Positions 37,761 through 49,862 of a stretch of 64,000 nucleotides of DNA are shown here, piece after piece. Location of the stretch: NCBI RefSeq assembly GCF_011386835.1, contig NC_088793.1, forward strand, positions 49,476,001 through 49,540,000, given 5' to 3'. Source of the stretch: Chrysemys picta bellii (taxonomy: Eukaryota). A model generated the notes under the pieces. The model was not told the origin of the DNA. It saw nothing but the letters and a program-made list of their open reading frames with translations, and did no database searches. The first letter of the stretch is position 1; every line of letters starts with the position of its first letter. The position numbers and the translations under genes were made by a program.

Positions 37761-37980
37761 GGTTTCTGAGAGCCCACTGCCAACTTTGGAGGTCAGACTA
37801 GGAAAAACTAGAATAGGCCACAGATAAATTAAAGCTTTCTATCAAATTTATATTTTGAATGCTAATCTTGGCAGGCCCTGGCTTTTATTGTATTTGTATT
37901 AATAAGACTAGAAGTAGACAAATCTAGAGGAACCACAGAGTTTCCTTCCGTTCCAAAATATTATTCAGACATTCTGCTTT

Positions 37981-38200
37981 CATAGATTCATAGATTTTTA
38001 AGACCAGAAGGGACCATTAGATCATCTAGTTCGACCTCTGTATAATACAGGCCATAGAATTCACACAGTTACTCCAATAACTTGTGTTTGACTAAAGTAT
38101 CTCTCTTTGAAAGGCATCCAGCCTTGAGCTGAGGACTTCAAGAGCTGGAGAATCTATCACTTCCTTTCTAGTTTGCTTTAATAGTAAATCATCTTTCACA
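37981..38200 (-). mobile_element. Old CR1 3' UTR fragment
   Basis: catagattcatagat terminal repeat followed by agaagggaccattagatcatctagt. Confidence 0.65.
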
Positions 38201-38258
38201 TAAATATTTGGTGAGCCAACTATTTCTCCTTACACATTCAGATGTAAATAAAACGTAC

Positions 38259-38804
38259 CTTAGTATAAAGAGATTTGAAACGATCTGAAGCACCATCCAG
38301 TTTACTTTGCACCTCTATGTAAGTAGCTGAAGTATCAATACCATCTTTGTCAACCTTGACACCATCTTTTTTACTCCAAGATTTAGCAGCATCTAACACC
38401 CTCTGTCCAGAAATTGTAATGTACCGTAAGTCACCTTTGTGAGAAATAACATCTTCTGAAAAACTCTTTTGCCTTTTGAGCTTGGTCATGATACCAGTGA
38501 AGTCAGCAGCACCGGCCTCCAGGTTTTCAAGTTCTTGTTCTGACTGCTGCAGCCAGCTTTCAAACTCACTGTAGTCTGTATCAAATTTCTCAAGTTCTTC
38601 CTGCAGAGAGTGTGTTAACTTCATTTTCCATTCCGATTCAGCTAAAGCAGTTTCATACTGGACTTTCAGTTCCTTCATGTTCCTTTGCATCTTCTCTTTT
38701 TCTTCAGGGGAAAGGTAGTGGCCTTGTTTCTCAAGCAGCGCTTGGGCAGACTGAGTTGCTATTATAACAGCCTGTTGCTGAGAAATAATTTTCTCATGTT
38801 GAGC
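38259..38804 (-). CDS. DST: Dystonin exon 12 ([11 protein letters not shown]...[24 protein letters not shown]...LYTK), 546 nt, phase 0-0
   Basis: ttcttatag acceptor, AAG|gtacgt donor; highly conserved spectrin repeats. Confidence 0.95.
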
Positions 38805-40704
38805 CTATAAGAAAAAAAATATTTATGACTAGTATCCTCCTGTAGGGTTCCATCACAACACGTTTTTTTTAATCAGAAGTCTCCACTGAAATCACTGAGG
38901 AGTTCTGTCTAGAAACTGATAGCACAACATGGACCAAAATTACAAAGCAGCTCAGAATGTTAAAAGGCTTTTCCACATCTCTTCTGATTGATCAGAGAAC
39001 AATTTGTGAGTAATGTAAATAATGAATAGAAGGGATGTTTAAATTAAGTTACTCAAAATTTTTATCTGATCAAGCAGAAGAGATGTGATAAAGCCCTTCA
39101 ACATTCTGAGTTGCTCATTAAAAATGCCACTCTTATTCATTATTTACCTATAGCATTTTCAAACTGTAAAAAATAACTACTGGTAATTACAGATCAGACC
39201 CTAGTGTATACATGGGCAAAGCCCTTTTGACATCAATGGAACTTGAAGAAACACTGATGCACAACAGCTGAGGACCCAGCCCTATATTTCTAACACAACT
39301 CAATGCAGTGACTTGCATGGATTACCATCTACAGGCAAGCCCAGTCAGAAACCACCACTTTAAATTTTCCCAAGATTTTTGATTCATTATATAACATGCT
39401 AAATGATGGGCAGTTTTTTATAAGTGTAAGTATTCCTTTACCAGTTGCACACACAATAGCTCCTGGTTCTAACCATGGGCCAGATATATCAAAGGGAGAA
39501 TAGATATTTCCTATTTATTTTGAGTGAATAAAAGTCATTGCTAATTTTTATATTTCCATTTTTGGATTTTAATAAACAGTTCTCAAGATGATTATAAAAA
39601 ATCTTTCTTTATAGAAAAATTGCCATTCTATCTCATAAAAAATCCATACACATTAGATACTATATAGATTTCACCAAGTTAAAACTAATAAATGATAGGA
39701 GCTATAAATACACACTAAAAGAACCCGATGTAAAACATGTTCGGCTCTGGGGGAAAAAAAGACCATATCTTTTAAAACACCTTAGTTCCTGAAGTGCCTC
39801 ATTTCCTATAGAAACAATGACTGTATTTTGTAAAATGGGCTCTGGTGCTTCTCCATATATGTGCGGTAGACAGTTATCGAAGATCAGATTTGAGCCCACT
39901 GTTAATACTATTTTCTAAAGAGCATCAATAGGTACAAACAAAACCACCTATGCTTCCATTTTCTTTAAGAAGGTTTTACATGGAAGCTATTCCAAAATAC
40001 TGAGTGTTTCTTTGATCAATTTCTGCAGATCCTTCATTAGTTCCATCACTCAGAATGTAAAAGGGTTTGAGCTGTTAAAACTGTATCTAAAATACAGAAG
40101 GCTGTCATAATTAAATATGCTGGCTGAAGCAGATATCTTAAAATTGCTCTGTTGTGGAGTTTTGCAGCTCCTGCTGAAGCCTTCATAATATGGTGCTTTA
40201 CCCTCTGGGAATTTGTCACTTTTAAAGTGAGAATAATGTAGATTAATAATCTCAACAATCCAATAAAGTAGCTGTGTGCAATCAGTGTTCAGTCATCAAA
40301 GGGAAATATGTCAGACCAAATTATAATTTATCTTTGACAAGGATCAGGAAAGATTATGAAGCTGTGTTTCTGCCTACAGTACTTTATTTATCTACAATAA
40401 ACATTGTATTGTGTTCATTTCAGCCTAGGAAAATAAAGAGCACTGTGGTCACCATTAAGATGTCAACATTTGCCACTGCGAACACTGCAGTTTCTCCCAT
40501 TCTTACAACAGGAAATAACTGGGTACCTGTGTGGTAACTGACAAACACTGACACTTTTTAATGCCTTCTCCATTAACAGAATACCTATCAATGTACATTA
40601 CGTATTTCTTTGAAGGCTGATGGAAAGGCTTTCATTGACTTCACTGGACTTATTACCATAGTACCTAAGTGCTGAATATTTGCCATAACTGGTGCATATA
40701 GTAC

Positions 40705-40989
40705 CTTGACTTTCTGATACTGCTGGTTCAGGTTACTGTCTGTGGGTTTTACTCTGCCATCTACATGGGTTTCAGTCTGTTGCTGAAGTTCCAACAGGTT
40801 ACCATTGACTTCATCCTCTTCTCCATCCAAAGCCTTTACATCCCCTTCTTTAAAATGGGTTCCATTCTGTTCTATTGCCAGCATCCATTTCTCATCCCCA
40901 TGCTCTGCTGCCTTATCCACATTTGACAGCCAATCCAAGAGATTTTCAATCGTATTTTTACTCTCTTCCAGTTGTTCTATGGCAGCAAC
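40705..40989 (-). CDS. DST: Dystonin exon 11 ([11 protein letters not shown]...QQYQKVK), 285 nt, phase 0-0
   Basis: gtatag acceptor, AAG|gtacta donor; contains EQNGTHF and [11 protein letters not shown] motifs recalled from human DST. Confidence 0.94.
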
Positions 40990-41287
40990 CTATACATGGA
41001 AAGCTCATAATTTGAAATCTGAAATCATTTTTAGCCTTTACATTGTTTCAAAAGTGGAGATTTGAACCATTTAAAAATATGTTGTTAAAATCTGAAAATA
41101 TCTGATAATTGACATATTGAGAATTTGCTGTATTTGTAAAACAAACATGCACTAATTACTTCGATAGTAACCCAAGTAAAATATATGACTTTCATCTCTC
41201 ATTGACAAACCAGTAATAAGTGGAAAGACAATTCCCCTAAGACTTTTAAAAAATTCAAATAAAGATGTAGAATTGATGCATAAGAAC

Positions 41288-41521
41288 CTTTTCTGTTTCC
41301 TGCTTAATAGCTGTTGTCACAGCTTTATCCAGCACTTTTTTGGACTCTTCTGCCTTCTGGCTAAGCAGCAAACATTTTGTCTTAGCTTCATTAAGTTTCT
41401 GTTCAAGAATAGTCTTGTCTTCTTGTGACAGCTTTCCTCCATTCTCTTTCAAGAACATCTCCGTGTTTTTCACAATCTCTGCCAATGCCTGTGCACTTGC
41501 CAGCATATCTTTCTGTAACTC
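41288..41521 (-). CDS. DST: Dystonin exon 10 ([18 protein letters not shown]...KQETEK), 234 nt, phase 0-0
   Basis: cccaccag acceptor, AAG|gttctt donor; spectrin-repeat sequence. Confidence 0.94.
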
Positions 41522-42605
41522 CTGGTGGGAAAAAAAAACAAAAGAAGGTAGATAAATTACCTACCTGAACTTCACTTCAAACTTCTCAGAAGTCCCTCAT
41601 TGAGAGACAGCCTAACTCATCTTATCTCACACATTCTTGTAGACTCACTTATTACATTAGTTCAGATGAGTTATGCTTTTGTTTCTCAGATGGGATTTTG
41701 ACCCCCACAATATCTCACAGTTGAGCCTTGGCAGCTTGAGAGATCAACAGTGTGGTACCAGTCATTAGTTTGGAGAGCAAAGAAGTCTATTGTTAAAGTG
41801 TTAAAGAATAACTCATTTAACAATCTGGAGTGGGATAAGTCAAATGTTCCACAGACCATAGTAATAATGCATTTCTGCATAACAGTCCTGGGACAAGTCC
41901 AGAGCTGAAGCAGGTCTAGAGGGAGTCTAAACTGATAGATGTATACCTTCTTTTGGTCCCTTCCTCTCAATATGTGTGTTGCACGAACTTAGACTCCCTC
42001 TAGACTGCCTCAGAGAGTTTTAGATTCACTTAAACTCACATCAGATTACCAACATGTAATTACATCTCAACCCTTACACCTCACTTCTAAATTTGGCACA
42101 GTTTAAATTAATGTAAAGGATTATAAGGGAGAATCGTAAGCCAAAAGGCCTTAAGAGCAGGGTGATGTTTATGGTGCCACTAGACAAAAAGTTTTGGACT
42201 CTCATATGGGCTTGTGGGTTTTGTAGTGTTTTTTGATATTTAGTTTGAGAAAGAGCAGCTCATTTTAATGCACTAACAAATATTTTGGATGCCCTTCCTT
42301 TGGACACAGTAAATATTTTATATTAAATAAGATACAGCTTCTCCCCTAAAAAATCTTTGTGCTTTCTTCCATACCCCACCTTATACATGGAATGCTATCC
42401 CATAACTGATCCATAAGGAACCTTTTCTTCCTTCAAATCCCCTCCCAAGTCCTGCTTCTGCCATGATGCCCACGAGAAATCAATCAAGAAATGAGGGCTA
42501 GGCTTTGGGGCAGTTGTGGATAGAGGATATTTATAAAGCAAATACATATTTGTACATAATAATTTGGTCTATCCCTTTCTTTCCCTTGGAACTTTGCTGG
42601 TAATC

Positions 42606-42720
42606 TTAGACTATAAGCTCTTAGAGTCAGGGAATGAGTCTACTTTTGTTCAGCACAATGGGTTACTGATCCTCCCTGGGACCTATGTGCACTACTATAA
42701 TATAAATATTAAATAATAAT
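42606..42720 (+). mobile_element. SINE/L2-type 3' tail fragment
   Basis: tagactataagctctt...cagcacaatggg...actactataatataaataat pattern. Confidence 0.45.
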
Positions 42721-43723
42721 AAAAAACATAAAATGCTAAATCCTAAAGTCCTCACTGAGGCAAAATCTTAACTGATGTCAGTGGGAGTTCTCCCTCAGTA
42801 TTAACAGAGTAAAAGTTAAGTTTTGGCATAAGGGCAGGGCCTAATAGCAAACTAAAAGAAAAGTTTTCAGATGTACATGTTGTCACAAGATTATAACAGA
42901 AAATGTGAAAAAGTTATAAAAAGGCACCCAGGGAATCTGCTGCCATCACTAGAGGGACAGAATTTATGGGGAAAAAAGATGGTAGAGAAATCCTTTTACA
43001 AAAAAGTTTCAATAATGATGTGAGCAGAACACTCCATGCTTCTAGTTATAAAGTTCACATATGATTTTGACATAAGCAGCTTGGGCTCACTTACATGTGA
43101 TTTTCTCACATCTGGCAAGAATGCTTTTGAACTGCAGAATCACGTTAGATCTCAGGCATGCTACAAGATTGTTTCTGAAAATATACAGTATGTCGCAGGA
43201 CAGTCTATTCATTTGCTTTTTATCAAGCCACCATGAATGGGAGTACTGTACAGGTTCAATCCCTTACCTTCAGTCAACAAGGCATGGTTTTGTGTCTTTT
43301 TCTTTTTCCCTCTTTCCCTCCCTCTCTATCCTGTTTTTCTATCCCCAGGGATGTTGTGCTGATTTCCAAACCATTGGGAAAACTGAGAGGCCACCTCCAT
43401 TGCTACTGTCAAAATTGCTGTGTGAATTAACTGGCCCAGGGTATCACATAACAAATTTGGATATCGCTCTTCAATACTTTTCCTTGCAGAGAACCAAGCA
43501 CATTATCGGTAGTGCCATAATTCTTTTCTGCACAGAACAAGCATGAGATCCTGAGGCAGCTCCTGTTTCTACATCCCCCATGCAGCCAGTGCTTGCTATT
43601 GTTGACCTAAAACCGGCCTTAGTCTTCTTAATGTAATCTCAGATTAGTTACAGTCCATAAAGAAACCAATCAAAAATACATCATAAGAATACTAAGGTTG
43701 CTGCTGTTTAGTCAAGTTTTCAC

Positions 43724-43876
43724 CTCTTGTTTGGTTTGGTATTGCTTTAACTCAGCCTTGCTGTCTCCGATAACAAGAGCTTCTTGGTGACCAATGAGTC
43801 GATTTTCTGTTTGTGTAAAGAGATCACATATTTCCTGTAGTTTCTCCTTGCATTCCTGCTGCTGCTCAGCCACATC
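43724..43876 (-). CDS. DST: Dystonin exon 9 ([19 protein letters not shown]...QTKQE), 153 nt, phase 0-0
   Basis: aactag acceptor, GAG|gtgaaa donor; translated by hand; resembles human [33 protein letters not shown]. Confidence 0.93.
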
Positions 43877-44982
43877 CTAGTTTGGAGCAAAAATAAAACA
43901 CAAAATTCTGCATCATCAGAAGCTCCCTTGCAAACTACTTTTTAAACAACACTATTGCAAGGCAATCATTTTAAAAGTATGCTGTAAACATGATAGCAGT
44001 GGTACACAGTTTGAGCAAGGTGAATATATAGAAGTTATGGATCATAAACCTTACATATGCTGTAAGTAAAAAGAGATCATGTATTGATGGAATTGCCCAG
44101 CAGAAATCTGGCCATGCATATGTGTGCAAGTGAAACCTCCAACCAACAGAAGTGAAAATCCACGTCTCTTAATCGCTTGAAATCTGTGATAAACCCTATT
44201 AGTTCTGAAAAAGGATACCAAAACAGAGGTTAGTTGTGACGGGTGTGTTAGTTTAGTTGGTATGCATGTTACCTGTGTAGAAAATGCTTGCATCTTTTAA
44301 GCAATATAGAGGAATAAAACATGCAGGATCATTATTGCTACCAAATTCTTATAGATGCTTCTTATTCACCCATTTTTATATATTTCTCTGCCATAGCACC
44401 TTGGCAACAACTTTCTTAGAATGTTACAAATCCTCAGGATTCTAAATAACTTTTTCCTAACACATCAATAGTAGGTGAATTGTTGCCTTCTGAGGCTTAC
44501 ATTTGTGCTTCTATGAGAGGAAGGGATGTACAGGTATACTGAGGGCATCCTCTAAGTCAGCCCTGACTATAATCATTTAGCTAATTACAAACACAACTGC
44601 TACATTATTCATGATTGTAAGCAAACACAAATACTTTTCCTTCAGTCTGACAGAAATACTAGACTTGATCCCCTTGCTTTTGTGTCGATAATGATGTCTG
44701 AAAACTCAAGTATCTATCCACTTCCTAATATGATAGCCCTAAAAAGAATGGTCGTAACACAGAAAGACCGTAACAACTATTTATCAAACCTGATTGATAC
44801 AGTCTTTGTAGAATAATGAAGGCAAATATAATAAAATGTATAGGTTATTATAACATATTTAACCCTATAGCCAATGCTTCCCAAGCAACTCATATCTGGT
44901 ATGACATAATCACACATTAGTATTAAACTTCCTCATCTATATCGCTAAAACACTAAGCACACACTGTCACAGAAAGGCAAAC

Positions 44983-45216
44983 CTTCTGATCACCAAGATC
45001 TTGTGCTGTCCGTAACAGTCCCTCTAAACTTTCCATCTGAGATGTGATTGTTTCCTGTACTTCCTGAAAACACTTCTGAGTACTATTTAAGAGCCTCAAC
45101 AGCTGTTTGCTCTGATTAGGAGAAAGATCCTGGGCATGTTCAGAAATGAAGAACTGAACATCAAATGCTATGGAGTCCAGTTGTATCTTCATACAGCCAA
45201 GCTCTTTTGAATTGTT
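44983..45216 (-). CDS. DST: Dystonin exon 8 (NNSKELGCMKIQLDSIAFDVQFFISEHAQDLSPNQSKQLL...GDQK), 234 nt, phase 0-0
   Basis: tttacag acceptor, AAG|gtttgc donor; the core AFDVQFFISE.AQDLSPNQSKQLLRLLN is near-identical to recalled human DST. Confidence 0.93.
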
Positions 45217-46130
45217 CTGTAAATAAAAAGAAGAGGAAATGACTGATCGTAAAGAAAGGTTCAGTGTTCATAAAGCATATTTCAGAGAGAAATAATACTA
45301 TCCCTAGCTCAATGTTCAACTATGTTTTTGATGAAAATATTAACCAAAAGAAGGAATTAGTCTAAAAACTTGTATTCCAAGACAAAGCAACTGGCTGAGA
45401 TTTTGCTTGTTTTGCCTTCTTGATCAGGGGTTTATATATCAAGTTCCAAATAATGATGGTGCTCAGTCTTCTTCTTATTTGCTTTTTTATTTTTTCACAT
45501 CAGAGGACTGACTGACCATCAACACTGAACAGGTACTACTGGGGAGCCATTTGCCTAACTGGAGGAGCAGTTCTGCAAAAACTAGAAATGGGAGAATATT
45601 TACTGAAGGTATTTCCTGCCACTGGCTTTCTTGCCTTCCTCTGCAATCTAGCGTGACACCCCACTCTCTTCCCCACCTGCGGGCAAATTCTGCCCTCAGT
45701 TACACTCATGCAACCCTACTGAAGTCACTAAACATTCTGCAACCCTATTCAAACCCCAATTAAGTCATAGCCCATTTTACATTCCATATATATATATATA
45801 TTTGAACAGTTGGTTCTGTTCACGTCTTCATGGGTATCACATGAAGAGGGTGTTTAGGAGGCACTTGAATTCATGGTTTTGGATTTTTCGCCACTTTTGT
45901 TTCTTTAAAGCACCCACCATAGCTGTTTTGGGAATGTACATTAAACTCATTGAAGAGATTGGAGTTTAAGCATAGGATGTAATTATAATAATTGGGATAG
46001 GTTGCAGTCCTGCATTACACATTCAGATGGGGCCAGATTTCTTACAATAGATGTAAGCAGAGCCAACATTACATTATCTTTTCTGATAATTAGTTACACT
46101 ATTTTATCATTTAACATCAATGATACCTGC

Positions 46131-46277
46131 CTTGAGCAGTTGTAAGTTTTGCTTCACATTTTCTATATCACTAGTATTCACTGTCAGGTTGTTCACAGTT
46201 TTACTGTTTTCTGTGATCCGGTCTGAAAACTTCTGAAGTCTGCTTAGAAGTTCCTGATGCAATATTGAAAGCTTAGA
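46131..46277 (-). CDS. DST: Dystonin exon 7 (SKLSILHQELLSRLQKFSD...QLLK), 147 nt, phase 0-0, GC donor
   Basis: cctttctag acceptor; the frame is kept only with AAG|gcaggt; resembles human SKLAVSHEEFLHKLKSFSDW. Confidence 0.85.
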
Positions 46278-46470
46278 CTAGAAAGGAAAGTTACTTATTT
46301 ATTTACAGTATCATAGTCTAACCAGCCAAATCTGATATTAAATGAAAGAAAATCTCACACCTAATTTATGTTAAAATAAAACCAAACCAAAATATTTATT
46401 TTTAACTCAACTACTTTAAAGTAAAGTGAAGCAAGTACACACACACAAAAATCATTTAATAGAAACATAC

Positions 46471-46686
46471 CATTTCAGAGTCAACAGCAAAGACTATTTG
46501 TTTTGCACGCTTTGAAGACATATCACAGACCACAAAAAAGGCCTTCTGTAAATATTCATATGTTATTTTTAGCTCTTTAAGTTGTTCTTTGGGACCATCT
46601 TTGTGCAGAGACTTTAAAAACTCTTCTGTCAACTTCAGATCTTTTTTTAGAACAACAGCAAAAGCAGCCAGTCCTGATTCAAATGA
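46471..46686 (-). CDS. DST: Dystonin exon 6 (SFESGLAAFAVVLKKDLKL...AVDSEM), 216 nt, phase 0-0
   Basis: tttgcag acceptor, ATG|gtatgt donor; resembles human [27 protein letters not shown]. Confidence 0.92.
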
Positions 46687-46880
46687 CTGCAAACAAAATA
46701 TAAACAAGATGCATTAAATTTACTACGAGAAACAGGTTTAAAAGTAAATTCATGTAATTGTATTTAAAATCTGAACCACATGATCTCTCTCTTTATATTA
46801 GGGCTTTCTATAGCATCCTGCACTGTATTATCTATGTGCTTTTTAGTATACCATAGAAATAAGAAATATATTATACTTAC

Positions 46881-47030
46881 CTCTAATTGTTCAAGTTGGG
46901 TTTTTAGCATTTCTAAGTTGTTACTAATAGGCTGCTCATTATCTAAGTGGAATTTCATATCCTGAACCATTGCCAAATGTCCTCGCAGTTTCTCTGTATA
47001 CTTTAAACACTGCTGTACTCCACTGAACAT
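46881..47030 (-). CDS. DST: Dystonin exon 5 (MFSGVQQCLKYTEK...QLEQLE), 150 nt, phase 0-0
   Basis: ttttcag acceptor, GAG|gtaagt donor; resembles human QFSSELQQCLQHTEK. Confidence 0.92.
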
Positions 47031-47246
47031 CTGAAAATAAGTTTTAACCATCAAAAAATGCTTTCTGAGCTAATAGAGAAATATAACATTTGTTTCCATT
47101 ACAATTTGTTTTAAATTTACAATTGGAGTGTTTGATATGTGGGTTTTTTGTTTGTTGGTTTTGGTTTAATAATGATCTCCAATATTTAAAAGGATGCCTG
47201 CAACTCCTTTAACATAAAATGTGTAACTGTGCCAGTTGTTACTTAC

Positions 47247-49829
47247 CATGCCTACTGGGTTGTCTCCTGGGGCAGCTTCTTTCATTTGTAAAACATCCTC
47301 AGAAAAGCTTTTGGATGGACTTTCTGACTTCTCAGGCTTCTGGTTATTTTCCAAAATAATAGCTGTGCTGTGAACCAATGAATTCCCTCTGAGAGTTTCT
47401 GATCCAAATTCTGTTAGTTCTGTTGAGAAAAGAGTACCCAGCTCCTCTGCTTTGCTTACACACTCATCATCTGTGGTGATATTAGCAGTCTGTGAGATGG
47501 TAAACAAGTCTTTTGCCAAATCACTCATCAATGCCTCGAATCTGTATGAACTTTCATCTCCAGGTGGGATTTGGAAGATTTGTTCAAGTTGAGAAGTAAT
47601 AAGTTTAGGAGCTGTAGCTTTTCTCTCTTGGTCTCTTTCATTCTGGGCTTCTTCACTTGTTGTTTCATATGGATTATCAGTCTTTTGGTTGCAGTGGTTT
47701 TGCTTCAATATATCAAGGAGGAGGTCAGGACTCCTGTTATCAGGCCAAGATAACTGAAGATTATCATAGTCCTTTTGATCTATGCACGATGGGGTAGCCA
47801 TTAGTGTAGCGCTAATGTCATCACGTGTTTGCTTGATATTTGACTCACTGGAAGACTCATTCCCCAAGTGTGTGCGACTAATCATTTTAAGTAAATTTTG
47901 CATTAAAAATTTTGTGTCAGAATAATTTAAAGGTTCACCTTCCTGCTTGCAGAAAACATGGCCATCTTTCAATTTCTTTTTTAAAATATTCTTTAAGTCT
48001 TCAATTAGTGTGTCAGATACTTCAGGAGAATGTGATATACCCTGCTCTACTTGCAAGTCTTTGGGGAGCATTACTTCTTTGTGAAATGATTCTACAGGCT
48101 TTTCTTTCCTGACACCATTTTCAATTAAATCAGTCTTGTTGACTAAAATATTCTGTTCCATAATGTTTTTTACTCCTTTATAACAAACCAGTGTTTCACA
48201 TTTCCTCTGCACAATATTATCCAAGCTATCACCTATGTTATCCAAAGGTCTAGAAGAAAAGTCTGCTGCACCTCTATGGTTCCCAGAATGTCTGGTTTCA
48301 GCCCTTTCCTCTGACTCCTGAACATTCTCAGTACTTCCTTCTGTGTCAGCTTTCTTAAAGGAAAATTCATGACTAACTATCATGTCATTTTCTGAAGTGT
48401 TTTTAAGAACTTTATCAGTTTCTTGACAGATGCTACTCTCATTTTCTGTAGTAACGTTTATTCCCTTTGATTTTACTGTAACTGTCAGGGGAGAGGATTG
48501 AGAATTAGAATTTAATTCAGTTGGATGCCCTGCTCCCATATCAATAACATAGTCAGGTATCACTAACTCTTTTCCATTCTGTATATAATTTTTGCCAGTT
48601 TCACCTTCCTTAAGGTAACAAGAATCAGCCTTATTCCGTTCTGAACTATCTTTTGCTTTTATGCCTTTTGCACATTGTTTTAAATAAGCAGAAAGGTCAA
48701 ACTCTTCCATAAATTCATCTGATTTCACTGTATCAAAGTCACTGTAATGTCCTGATTTAGCATCACTCGAGGCTTGTCCAACACTTACTTTTTCTTCATT
48801 TGAAACAGCAATTTCACAACCTGTTTTAATAGATCCATCAAATATTTCTCCAAGGCTTTCCATATGAATGGGACTTTTACTTAATTCCTGGATATGACTT
48901 TCCTTTAGAATAGTCATCATGTTTATATTTTGTTTAGGAATGTCAATACCTATTTCTATTTGACCAAGTTCTTTATTTGTGACTGGGTGTACTAAGTCAG
49001 TGAGAGAACCTAGACTATCACTGTCATTCACATAAGGCACATGTCTGACTACTTTATTATCCATTTGGGATGAATTTACCGTAAGCAGTTCTACGCCAGT
49101 CACATTATTTGACATGTGCTTCACGAGTATGTCTTCCTCTGTGTTCTGTCTTTGCTCATAATTTGACCATGGCACAGATATATTGTTCTCGTTTTTCGTT
49201 ATGACATGAACTGGTAACAGAACTTCTGAAGGGAGGAAGTCTATTTGAGTCTGAATGTTTGCAGCAGCAGCTTGCTTAGCAATAGCAGATGGGGATGCAC
49301 ACGCAGATCCCTCCTGAATTATTGCAGGGTCTGTTGCCATGGTATCATTCATGCCAAGATCAGGCGTTAGAGTCATATGCTGTGTGAGGTGACTTTCTTC
49401 ATTGTTAGATAACAGCCATTCAGTGCCAATGATGCTTTCAGGTTGGATATTTTCAGTAATATCTTCAAACATATGTTTGCTTTCTACCAAATCCTCAGAA
49501 ACACTTTCAATTTCTTGCTGTCCTTCCTCTTTGGTTTTATCTGTAAAATCAAGACTTCCTTCTTCAGAAACATCAGATACATTTTTATGTTTTTTTAAAT
49601 TGGATTTATCAGAGCATAGATTACTTTTTTGACTGTTGGAATCTAACTGCAAAATATTATCAACTGCCATGTGCTTTAAAGGAAGATAACCATCCAAGGC
49701 ATCAATATTCTGATTACATTCATCACTATCTTCCATTTCTTTGGAAGGAGCAAAAAGCTGGATACCAACGTTTTTATTCTGGCACTGTGAGTAATAAATA
49801 TCCATTATTCCTTCTTCTTCTTCTTCTTC

Positions 49830-49862
<33 letters not shown>

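Noticed and set aside
39702-39899. CpG-containing ORF with an upstream acag as an extra exon
   Set aside because: It would need phase 1, but exon 11 ends in phase 0, giving an early stop; no donor or poly(A) support.
47166-47246. ORF-track end of the 2,014-aa ORF as the normal protein end
   Set aside because: A consensus in-frame donor at 47247 and in-phase downstream exons show the protein normally continues.
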